Positions 1-12,400 of a DNA stretch of 64,000 bases are shown in pieces. Under the pieces are notes generated by a model. It saw only the letters and a list, made by a program, of their open reading frames with translations, did not search any database and was not told where the DNA came from. Positions within the stretch are counted from its first letter, which is position 1. Each line of letters starts with the position of its first letter. The DNA is from Eledone cirrhosa (lineage: Eukaryota), in NCBI GenBank assembly GCA_964016885.1, contig OZ024742.1, positions 8,928,001 through 8,992,000 on the forward strand, written 5' to 3'. A program made the position numbers and the translations under genes.

Positions 1-210
1 CGATACATTAGAAAACATGTTTGGCAGGAAGCACCACGGCCAGCGACACCCGTTAAATTTTTTATTCACAAGCTAAGCATATATGTCAGGCACGCAGACT
101 TAAAACATTCTGTTGTTAGTCACTACGTGTCTAACAGATACGCCTCTTCCCATATTGTAATGTCATATTTATTATATACAGTGAATGTACACGTAAATCT
201 GTAATTAGTA

Positions 211-330
211 AAGGTGCGTCTCTTAGTGGTTAGGGAATTTGATTCGTGGTTGCATGTTTGCGAGTTCAATTCCCAGACCAGGCGATGTGTAATGTCGTTG
301 AGCAAGACATTTCATTTCACATGCTCTTTT
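211..330 (+). mobile_element. tRNA-derived SINE, degenerate (family A)
   Basis: Box A-like TCTTAGTGGTT (~221) and box B-like GAGTTCAATTCCC (~262), followed by GTCGTTGAGCAAGACATTTCATTTCAC. Aligns by eye to the copy at 3297-3409. Confidence 0.75.
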
Positions 331-726
331 CACCAGGAGATACAAGTAAATAGTATAAACAATGGAAAGACTAATGGAAACTGTATCCTGTGTCCAATTT
401 AACGAATTTTCCTCCAATCGGTAATCGAATGAGATCTGGGATGTTGTTGATTGTTTCCACTCCCGTTTACAACGTTATCTAGATTTACAAGGTATAGTAT
501 TTCAATAGAGTGAAACTAATAAATCATCTTCTACGTCAAGGACAAGCAAATGTTTATGTTCAAATATACCTCATTGGAAATAAGCAGATATTTCCGTCTC
601 CATTTCTTTCCTTCTAATCAAGATTTACTTTTCAAACTGCATGTTGCAGCCATTTTGGGAAGAACGGATATCTGAAAATGTTATGCACTTTACTCATTCA
701 TACTAGATTTACTTCTCAAACAGTTG

Positions 727-728
<2 letters not shown>

Positions 729-779
<51 letters not shown>

Positions 780-845
780 ACAGACCCTCCATCTCAACTC
801 ACCTTTTGAAAAGCAGAAGAACTGCGAGACCGGTAAAGGAACCAA

Positions 846-876
<31 letters not shown>

Positions 877-1007
877 ACGAAGGAAATGTGGTAAGGAACC
901 AGGTGGACCATAACGCACCAAAGTACTCAATACTTAGGGTAGTAGAGTGGGTAATAGGAATTAGCCGTCGAAACGGCTTGAGCTCAGCCGTCGGGGTCTT
1001 AATCGTT

Positions 1008-1053
<46 letters not shown>

Positions 1054-1086
1054 TGTGTGTGTGTGTGTGTGTATTTATATATTTAT

Positions 1087-1140
<54 letters not shown>

Positions 1141-1443
1141 ACCAGCCATTTTGACTGTCGCAAACTGCTGTACATGTGAAAGACTTAATACCTTCTTGTC
1201 ACGTTTGAAAGATAAACTCGCTCCGTTTGCAATCAGGTATGTACCAGAAGGAAACATTGGCTTGAGCATGACTGTGTGGATAAGGAATTCCCAACCATTT
1301 TCTTCTGGGTTCAATCGCACTACATTTCATCTTGAGCAAGCGTGTCTTCTATTATAGAACAGAAAAGAGTTGATCAAAGTGATATTTGGTGGAAAGAAGG
1401 ACAGAAATCATGTTCAAACTCATTGCTTATATACTGTATACGG

Positions 1444-1502
<59 letters not shown>
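729..1502. repeat. Cluster of (TA)n/(TG)n microsatellites
   Basis: TA tracts at ~730-775, 850-876, 1010-1137 (with TG) and 1447-1501. These generate the IYIY ORF artefacts. Confidence 0.95.
876..1010. mobile_element. Penelope-type terminal (pLTR-like) fragment, family B, with internal inversion
   Basis: 876-960 is the reverse complement of 42258-42340. 961-1010 (TTAGCCGTCGAAACGGCTTGAGCTCAGCCGTCGGGGTC...TTCCTAT) matches 42212-42263 in forward orientation. Flanked by (TA)n on both sides. Confidence 0.7.
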
Positions 1503-1504
<2 letters not shown>

Positions 1505-1898
1505 GGAGGTGAGTTTTATTGTAGTACAATAAAGCAATGCAGATATCGGATCAGTAGCACTCTACAGTTTCCAGGACTGGAGTATAAATAATATATAAGA
1601 TCAAAAGATGATTGAAAGAGTTCCATGTATTTTAGATACTTCTCAATTATCATTATTACTCACCACAATATATCCTTACCCTTTTAAATACTTTATATCA
1701 CCTTGAAAAAATCCTTTGTAAACATAAACATTTTTTTGACGTTAGATTATTCATCCTCAATTCATTATTTTTTTCTCCCTTTCATGCTCATCTAACTTAT
1801 ACATATTACACTTATTCATCCACTCTTCTACTTCTTTCACAATATATCCTTAATTACATTACTATTGCTATATTTTTATATTTTTTAATTATACATAT

Positions 1899-2000
1899 CA
1901 ACAATTTCTTTCCATCGCACATATTAAACCCTTAAATATTATTCTTAATACATATTAACAATTTCTTTTCATCGCACATATTATTAAACCCTTAAATATA
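1899..2000. repeat. Short direct duplication (~42 bp x2)
   Basis: AACAATTTCTTT(C/T)CATCGCACATATTA(TTA)AACCCTTAAATAT at ~1900 and ~1957. Confidence 0.85.
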
Positions 2001-2350
2001 CAAACCTTAATTGAACATTATTCTAAATTTTTCTCTTCGTTAATTTTCAAGTTCTTTTAATTTATATATTATCTTCCAACGGTTTTTCAACCTCTCTATG
2101 TAAAACAATATATTTTTCTCAGCTATAAAAGCTATCTCTCTCTCTCTATCACCCATCTCTCCTATCTCATCCTTCCTCATTATACTCCTCCCCCTGCACT
2201 TTTTACTCTCATCTCCTCCGCGTTTTCATCCTTTCCACCCCCCCTCAATCTTTTTCCCAATATCACACATCAATCTAAAACTACTTTTCATATGTTGATT
2301 TAAAACTGCACTATTCACAAGTGTGTTTTAACCTTCATATCATGTGTCCC

Positions 2351-2421
2351 TATTTTATCTGACGAAAACGCAAATGTTATTGCATGATGATATTTGTTTT
2401 TGAAATGCGCATAATAAAATA
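2351..2421 (+). ncRNA. Type I hammerhead ribozyme motif (Penelope-associated)
   Basis: Stem I TATTTTAT/ATAAAATA; core CTGACGA; stem II CAAATGTTATT-GCAT-GATGATATTTG; GAAA; palindromic stem III A-TGCGCA-T; cleavage triplet AUA. Confidence 0.75.
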
Positions 2422-2449
2422 TATGGAACTCTTTTAACCATCTTTTAAT

Positions 2450-2515
<66 letters not shown>

Positions 2516-2991
2516 TATATATATCACTTCTGGTTTCTCCGTCTTCCTCTCTCTCTACCCTCACTTTACTGAGATCGCCATAGAAAAAGCTTGCTCTGCA
2601 GTTATCACTGCCAACGGACTTATACCCATCGGCTTATTATAACTTATTCCACTTTCTCTTCAGTTACTTTACATACATGTGCCATTGTCCTGTGTCCCAA
2701 CTTATATCAGTATCATTACTTCGTTTTTTCCTCCTTTCCTTTTTTCTTTCTTCTTCATCTCTCTCTTCACTATCACTTCTTTCCCTCGTGGCCTTTTGGT
2801 GGATAAAAGGTCATGGGCGCGCTACAGATCGATTTCCTGTTTTAAGCACCCAAACATCTATGATCTCTAGTAAACAACTGATGAAGGGCTACTTTACTTC
2901 TCTTGTTTACCTTCTAACACTTCGTTTTCAGTAACCACACAGCCTGCCTCTTCGTACACACACACACACACACAGACACACACACACATAA

Positions 2992-3035
<44 letters not shown>

Positions 3036-3296
3036 GTGTGTGTGTGTATAGGTGTGTATAAAGGTCTCCTGCTGTTTTGCTTTGCCTGTATAATCTGGCC
3101 AACGATATATACCTGAGTCATTCTAATCAAGTAATATCGGAGCTATGATCTCAAAATCTGGAAAAGTACCAGCTCTAACTGAAGTGACTCTCTCATCTTC
3201 GAGCTACGCACTCTATCGGGTCACGTTACGCCAGCGTCCCTTTAGAGGAATCATATTTCGGCCACTTGTATTCGCAATCGTATTATTTTCGTTATG

Positions 3297-3409
3297 AAGG
3301 CACATGGCATAGTCGTTAGAGTATTGGGCTTGCAACTGAGAGGTTGTGACTTCGATTCTCGGACCGGGTGATGCGTTGTGTCCTTAAGCAAGACAATTTA
3401 TTTCACGTT
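3297..3409 (+). mobile_element. tRNA-derived SINE head (family A), 3'-truncated by the 27-bp array
   Basis: Box A-like TGGCATAGTCGTT (3305) and box B-like GACTTCGATTCTC (3348), then GGACCGGGTGATGCGTTGTGTCCTTAAGCAAGACAATTTATTTCACGTT. Homologous to 211-330. Confidence 0.8.
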
Positions 3410-6400
3410 ACAGCAGTTCACATTACAGCACCAACTCCAGCAGTTCACATTACAGCACCAACTCCAGCAGTTCACATCACAGCACCAACTCCAGCAGTTC
3501 ACATTACAGCACCAACTCCAGTAATTCACATTACAGCACCAACTCCAGCAGTTCACATCACAGCACCAACTCCAGCAGTTCACATAACAGCACCAACTCC
3601 AGCAGTTCACATTACAGCACCAACTCCAGCAGTTCACATTACAGCACCAACACCAGCAGTTCACATCACAGCACCAACTCCAGCAGTTCACATCACAGCA
3701 CCAACTCCAGCAGTTCACATTACAGCACTAACTCCAGCAGTTCACATCACAGCACCAACTCCAGCAGTTCACATTACAGCACCAACTCCAGCAGTTCACA
3801 TTACAGCACCAACTCCAGCAGTTCACTTCACAGCACCAACTCCAGCAGTTCACATTACAGCACCAACTCCAGCAGTTCACATTACAGCACCAACTCCAGC
3901 AGTTCACATTACAGCACCAACACCAGCAGTTCACATCACAGCACCAACTCCAGCAGTTCACATCACAGTACCAACTCCAGCAGTTCACATTACAGCACCA
4001 ACTCCAGCAGTTCACATTACAGCACCAACTCCAGCAAGTCACATTACAGCACCAACTCCAGCAGTTCAAATCAAAGCACCAACTCCAGCAGTTCACATTA
4101 CAGTACCAACTCCAGCAGTTCACATTACAGCACTAACTCCAGCAGTTCACATCACAGCACCAACTCCAGCAGTTCACATCACAGCAGCAACTCCAGCAGT
4201 TCACATTACAGCACCAACTCCAGCAGTTCACATTACAGCACCAACTCCAGCAGTTCACATCACAGCACCAACTCCAACAGTTCACATTACAGCACCAACT
4301 CCAGCAGTTCACATCACAGCACCAACTCCAGCAGTTCACATCACAGCACCAACTCCAACAGTTCACATTACAGCAACAACTCCAGCAGTTCACATTACAG
4401 TACCAACTCCAGCAGTTCACATTGCAGCACCAACTCCAGCAGTTCACATCACAGCACCAACTCCAGCTGTTCACATTATAGTACCAACTCCAGCAGTTCA
4501 CATCACAGCACCAACTCCAGCAGTTCACATCACAGCACCAACTCCAGCAGTTCACATTACAGTACCAAATCCAGCAGTTCTCATTACAGCACCAACTCCA
4601 GCAGTTCACATTACAGTACCAACTCCAGCAGTTCACATTACAGCACCAACTCCAGCAGTTCAGATCACAGCACCAACTCCAGTAGTTCACATTACAGCAC
4701 CAACTCCAGCAGTTCACATTACAGCACCAACTCCAGCAGTTCACATTACCGTACCAACTCCAGCAGTTCACATTACAGCACCAACTCCAGCAGTTCACAT
4801 CACAGCACCAACTCCAGCAGTTCACATTACAGCACCAACTCCAGCAGTTCACATTACAGCACCAACTCCAGCAGTTCACATTACAGCACCAACTCCAGCA
4901 GTTCACATTACAGCACCAACTCCAGCAGTTCACATCACAGCACCAACTCCAGCAGTTCGCGTTACAGCACCAACTCCAGCAGTTCACATTACAGCACCAA
5001 CTCCAGCAGTTCACATTACAGCACCAACTCCAGCAGTTCACATCACAGCACCAACTCCAGCAGTTCACATTACAGCACCAACTCCAGCAGTTCACATCAC
5101 AGCACCAACTCCAGCAGTTCACATTACAGCACCAACTCCAGCAGTTCACATCACAGCACCAACTCCAGCAGTTCACATTACAGCACCAGCTCCAGCAGTT
5201 CACATCACAGCACCAACTCCAGCAGTTCACATCACAGCACCAACTGCAGCAGTTCACATTACAGCACCAACTCCAGCAGTTCACATTACAGCACCAACTC
5301 CAGCAGTTCACATTACAGCACCAACTCCAGCAGTTCACATTACAGCACCAACTCCAGCAGTTCACATTACAGCACCAACTCCAGCAGTTCACATTACAGC
5401 ACCAACTCCAGCAGTTCACATCACAGCACCAACTCCAGCAGTTCACATTACAGCACCAGCTCCAGCAGTTCACATCACAGCACCAACTCCAGCAGTTCAC
5501 ATCACAGCACCAACTGCAGCAGTTCACATTACAGCACCAACTCCAGCAGTTCACATTACAGCACCAACTCCAGCAGTTCACATTACAGCACCAACTCCAG
5601 CAGTTCACATTACAGCACCAACTCCAGCAGTTCACATTACAGCACCAACTCCAGCAGTTCACATTACAGCACCAACTCCAGCAGTTCACATTACAGCACT
5701 AACTCCAGCAGTTCACATCACAGCACCAACTCCAGCAGTTCACATCACAGCAGCAACTCCAGCAGTTCACATTACAGCACCAACTCCAGCAGTTCACATT
5801 ACAGCACCAACTCCAGCAGTTCACATCACAGCACCAACTCCAACAGTTCACATTACAGCACCAACTCCAGCAGTTCACATTACAGCACCAATTCCAGCAG
5901 TTCACATCACAGCACCAACTCCAACAGTTCACATTACAGCACCAACTCCAGCAGTTCACATTACAGTACCAACTCCAGCAGTTCACATTGCAGCACCAAC
6001 TCCAGCAGTTCACATCACAGCACCAACTCCAGCTGTTCACATTATAGTACCAACTCCAGCAGTTCACATCACAGCACCAACTCCAGCAGTTCACATCACA
6101 GCACCAACTCCAGCAGTTCACATTACAGTACCAACTCCAGCAGTTCTCATTACAGCACCAACTCCAGCAGTTCACATTACAGTACCAACTCCAGCAGTTC
6201 ACATTACAGCACCAACTCCAGCAGTTCACATCACAGCACCAACTCCAGTAGTTCACATTACAGCACCAACTCCAGCAGTTCACATTACAGCACCAACTCC
6301 AGCAGTTCACATTACCGTACCAACTCCAGCAGTTCACATTACAGCACCAACTCCAGCAGTTCACATCACAGCACCAACTCCAGCAGTTCACATTACAGCA

Positions 6401-9400
6401 CCAACTCCAGCAGTTCACATTACAGCACCAACTCCAGCAGTTCACATTACAGCACCAACTCCAGCAGTTCACATTACAGCACCAACTCCAGCAGTTCACA
6501 TCACAGCACCAACTCCAGCAGTTCGCGTTACAGCACCAACTCCAGCAGTTCACATTACAGCACCAACTCCAGCAGTTCACATTACAGCACCAACTCCAGC
6601 AGTTCACATCACAGCACCAACTCCAGCAGTTCACATTACAGCACCAACTCCAGCAGTTCACATCACAGCACCAACTCCAGCAGTTCACATTACAGCACCA
6701 ACTCCAGCAGTTCACATCACAGCACCAACTCCAGCAGTTCACATTACAGCACCAGCTCCAGCAGTTCACATCACAGCACCAACTCCAGCAGTTCACATCA
6801 CAGCACCAACTGCAGCAGTTCACATTACAGCACCAACTCCAGCAGTTCACATTACAGCACCAAATCCAGCAGTTCACATTACAGCACCAACTCCAGCAGT
6901 TCACATTACAGCACCAACTCCAGCAGTTCACATTACAGCACCAACTCCAGCAGTTCACATTACAGCACCAATTCCAGCAGTTCACATCACAGCACCAACT
7001 CCAGCAGTTCACATTACAACACCAGCTCCAGCAGTTCACATCACAGCACCAACTCCAGCAGTTCACATCACAGCACCAACTGCAGCAGTTCACATTACAG
7101 CCCCAACTCCAGCAGTTCACATTTCAGCACCAACTCCAGCAATTCACATTACAGCACCAACTCCAGCAGTTCACATTACAGCACCAACTCCAGCAGTTCA
7201 CATTACAGCACCAACTCCAGCAGTTCACATTACAGCACCAACTCCAGCAGTTCACATTACAGCACCAACTCCAGCAGTTCACATTACAGCACCAACTCCA
7301 GCAGTTCACATCACAGCACCAACTCCAGCAGTTCGCGTTACAGCACCAACTCCAGCAGTTCACATTACAGCACCAACTCCAGCAGTTCACATTACAGCAC
7401 CAACTCCAGCAGTTCACATCACAGCACCAACTCCAGCAGTTCACATTACAGCACCAACTCCAGCAGTTCACATCACAGCACCAACTCCAGCAGTTCACAT
7501 TACAGCACCAACTCCAGCAGTTCACATCACAGCACCAACTCCAGCAGTTCACATTACAGCACCAGCTCCAGCAGTTCACATCACAGCACCAACTCCAGCA
7601 GTTCACATCACAGCACCAACTGCAGCAGTTCACATTACAGCACCAACTCCAGCAGTTCACATTACAGCACCAACTCCAGCAGTTCACATTACAGCACCAA
7701 CTCCAGCAGTTCACATTACAGCACCAACTCCAGCAGTTCACATTACAGCACCAACTCCAGCAGTTCACATCACTGCACCAACTCCAGCAGTTCACATTAC
7801 AGCACCAGCTCCAGCAGTTCACATCACAGCACCAACTCCAGCAGTTCACATCACAGCACCAACTGCAGCAGTTCACATTACAGCACCAACTCCAGCAGTT
7901 CACATTACAGCACCAACTCCAGCAGTTCACATTACAGCACCAACTCCAGCAGTTCACATTACAGCACCAACTCCAGCAGTTCACATTACAGCACCAACTC
8001 CAGCAGTTCACATTACAGCACCAACTCCAGCAGTTCACATCACAGCACCAACTCCAGCAGTTCACATCACAGCACCAACTCCAGCAGTTCACATTACAGC
8101 ACCAACTCCAGCAGTTCACATCACAACACCAACTCCAGCAGTTCACATTACAGCACCAGCTCCAGCAGTTCACATCAGAGCACCAACTCTGGCAGTTCAC
8201 ATCACAGCACCAACTGCAGCAGTTCACATTACAGCACCAACTCCAGCAGTTCACATTACAGCACCAACTCCAGCAGTTCACATTACAGTACCAACTCCAG
8301 CAGTTCACATTACAGCACCAACTCCAGCAGTTCACATTACAGCACCAACTCCAGCAGTTCACATTACAGCACAAACTCGAGCAGTTCACATCACAGCACC
8401 AACTCCAGCAGTTCACATCACAGCACCAACTCCAGCTGTTCACATTGCAGCACCAACTCCAGCAGTTCACATCACAGCACCAACTCCAGCAGTTCACATC
8501 ACAGTACCAACTCCAGCAGTTCACATTACAGCACCAACTCCAGCAGTTCACATCACAGCACCTACTCCAGCAGTTCACATTACAGTACCAAATCCAGAAG
8601 TTCACATTGCAGCACCAACTCCAGCAGTTCACATTACAGTACCAACTCCAGCAGTTCACATTACAGCACCAACTCCAGCAATTCACATTACAGCACCAAC
8701 TCCAGCAGTTCAAATTACAGCACCAACTCCAGCAGTTCACATCACAGCACCAACTCCAGCAGATCACATTACAGTACCAACTCCAGCAGTTCACATTACA
8801 GCACCAACTCCAGCAGTTCACATTACAGCACCAACTCCAGCAGTTCATATCACAGCACCAACTCCAGCAGTTCACATCACCGTACCAACTCCAGCAGTTC
8901 ACATCACAGCACCAACTCCAGCAGTTCACATTACAGCACCAACTCCAGCAGTTCACATCACAACACCAACTCCAGCAGTTCACATTACAGCACCAGCTCC
9001 AGCGGTTCACATCACAGCACCAACTCTAGCAGTTCACATCACAGCACCAACTGCAGCAGTTCACATTACAGCACCAACTCCAGCAGTTCACATTACAGCA
9101 CCAACTCCAGCAGTTCACATTACAGTACCAACTCCAGCAGTTCACATTACAGCACCAACTCCAGCAGTTCACATTACAGCACCAACTCCAGCAGTTCACA
9201 TTACAGCACAAACTCGAGCAGTTCACATCACAGCACCAACTCCAGCAGTTCACATCACAGCACCAACTCCAGCTGTTCACATTGCAGCACCAACTCCAGC
9301 AGTTCACATCACAGCACCAACTCCAGCAGTTCACATTACAGTACCAACTCCAGCAGTTCTCATTACAGCACCAACTCCAGCAGTTCACATTACAGTACCA

Positions 9401-12400
9401 ACTCCAGCAGTTCACATTACAGCACCAACTCCAGCAGTTCACATCACAGCACCAACTCCAGTAGTTCACATTACAGCACCAACTCCAGCAGTTCACATTA
9501 CAGCACCAACTCCAGCAGTTCACATTACCGTACCAACTCCAGCAGTTCACATTACAGCACCAACTCCAGCAGTTCACATCACAGCACCAACTCCAGCAGT
9601 TCACATTACAGCACCAACTCCAGCAGTTCACATTACAGCACCAACTCCAGCAGTTCACATTACAGCACCAACTCCAGCAGTTCACATTACAGCACCAACT
9701 CCAGCAGTTCACATCACAGCACCAACTCCAGCAGTTCGCGTTACAGCACCAACTCCAGCAGTTCACATTACAGCACCAACTCCAGCAGTTAACATTACAG
9801 CACCAACTCCAGCAGTTCACATCACAGCACCAACTCCAGCAGTTCACATTACAGCACCAACTCCAGCAGTTCACATCACAGCACCAACTCCAGCAGTTCA
9901 CATTACAGCACCAACTCCAGCAGTTCACATCACAGCACCAACTCCAGCAGTTCACATTACAGCACCAGCTCCAGCAGTTCACATCACAGCACCAACTCCA
10001 GCAGTTCACATCACAGCACCAACTGCAGCAGTTCACATTACAGCACCAACTCCAGCAGTTCACATTACAGCACCAACTCCAGCAGTTCACATTACAGCAC
10101 CAACTCCAGCAGTTCACATTACAGCACCAACTCCAGCAGTTCACATTACAGCACCAACTCCAGCAGTTCACATTACAGCACCAACTCCAGCAGTTCACAT
10201 CACAGCACCAACTCCAGCAGTTCACATTACAACACCAGCTCCAGCAGTTCACATCACAGCACCAACTCCAGCAGTTCACATCACAGCACCAACTGCAGCA
10301 GTTCACATTACAGCACCAACTCCAGCAGTTCACATTACAGCACCAACTCCAGCAGTTCACATTACAGCACCAACTCCAGCAGTTCACATTACAGCACCAA
10401 CTCCAGCAGTTCACATTACAGCACCAACTCCAGCAGTTCACATTACAGCACCAACTCCAGCAGTTCACATTACAGCACCAACTCCAGCAGTTCACATTAC
10501 AGCACCAACTCCAGCAGTTCACATCACAGCACCAACTCCAGCAGTTCGCGTTACAGCACCAACTCCAGCAGTTCACATTACAGCACCAACTCCAGCAGTT
10601 CACATTACAGCACCAACTCCAGCAGTTCACATCACAGCACCAACTCCAGCAGTTCACATCACAGCACCAACTCCAGCAGTTCACATTACAGCACCAACTC
10701 CAGCAGTTCACATCACAGCACCAACTCCAGCAGTTCACATTACAGCACCAGCTCCAGCAGTTCACATCACAGCACCAACTCCAGCAGTTCACATCACAGC
10801 ACCAACTGCAGCAGTTCTCATTACAGCACCAACTCCAGCAGTTCACATTACAGCACCAACTCCAGCAGTTCACATTACAGCACCAACTCCAGCAGTTCAC
10901 ATTACAGGACCAACTCCAGCAGTTCACATTACAGCACCAACTCCAGCAGTTCACATCACAGCACCAACTCCAGCAGTTCACATTACAGCACCAGCTCCAG
11001 CAGTTCACATCACAGCACCAACTCCAGCAGTTCACATCACAGCACCAACTGCAGCAGTTCACATTGCAGCACCAACTCCAGCAGTTCACATCACAGCACC
11101 AACTCCAGCTGTTCACATTATAGTACCAACTCCAGCAGTTCACATCACAGCACCAACTCCAGCAGTTCACATCACAGCACCAACTCCAGCAGTTCACATT
11201 ACAGTACCAACTCCAGCAGTTCTCATTACAGCACCAACTCCAGCAGTTCACATTACAGTACCAACTCCAGCAGTTCACATTACAGCACCAACTCCAGCAG
11301 TTCACATCACAGCACCAACTCCAGTAGTTCACATTACAGCACCAACTCCAGCAGTTCACATTACAGCACCAACTCCAGCAGTTCACATTACCGTACCAAC
11401 TCCAGCAGTTCACATTACAGCACCAACTCCAGCAGTTCACATCACAGCACCAACTCCAGCAGTTCACATTACAGCACCAACTCCAGCAGTTCACATTACA
11501 GCACCAACTCCAGCAGTTCACATTACAGCACCAACTCCAGCAGTTCACATTACAGCACCAACTCCAGCAGTTCACATCACAGCACCAACTCCAGCAGTTC
11601 GCGTTACAGCACCAACTCCAGCAGTTCACATTACAGCACCAACTCCAGCAGTTCACATTACAGCACCAACTCCAGCAGTTCACATCACAGCACCAACTCC
11701 AGCAGTTCACATTACAGCACCAACTCCAGCAGTTCACATCACAGCACCAACTCCAGCAGTTCACATTACAGCACCAACTCCAGCAGTTCACATCACAGCA
11801 CCAACTCCAGCAGTTCACATTACAGCACCAGCTCCAGCAGTTCACATCACAGCACCAACTCCAGCAGTTCACATCACAGCACCAACTGCAGCAGTTCACA
11901 TTACAGCACCAACTCCAGCAGTTCACATTACAGCACCAAATCCAGCAGTTCACATTACAGCACCAACTCCAGCAGTTCACATTACAGCACCAACTCCAGC
12001 AGTTCACATTACAGCACCAACTCCAGCAGTTCACATTACAGCACCAATTCCAGCAGTTCACATCACAGCACCAACTCCAGCAGTTCACATTACAACACCA
12101 GCTCCAGCAGTTCACATCACAGCACCAACTCCAGCAGTTCACATCACAGCACCAACTGCAGCAGTTCACATTACAGCCCCAACTCCAGCAGTTCACATTT
12201 CAGCACCAACTCCAGCAATTCACATTACAGCACCAACTCCAGCAGTTCACATTACAGCACCAACTCCAGCAGTTCACATTACAGCACCAACTCCAGCAGT
12301 TCACATTACAGCACCAACTCCAGCAGTTCACATTACAGCACCAACTCCAGCAGTTCACATTACAGCACCAACTCCAGCAGTTCACATCACAGCACCAACT

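Larger units (their letters stand above)
1591..2455 (+). mobile_element. Non-coding Penelope-like 3' fragment with hammerhead motif and ~42-bp inverted terminal copy (family C)
   Basis: 1592-1633 (TATATAAGATCAAAAGATGATTGAAAGAGTTCCATGTATTTT) is the inverted copy of 2416-2457. Hammerhead fold at 2351-2421. Runs into a long (TA)n on the right and has a short TA run on the left. Confidence 0.65.

Noticed and set aside
211-290. tRNA gene (likewise 3297-3365 and 39511-39585)
   Set aside because: A/B boxes are present but there is no cloverleaf, and the sequence continues into a shared SINE body.
1140-1400. Minus ORF with LNPEENGWE...LKP, faintly like the C-terminus of some transposon-derived proteins
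   Set aside because: Too short, with an upstream stop and no supporting Cys cluster. It needs a tblastn/HMM search.
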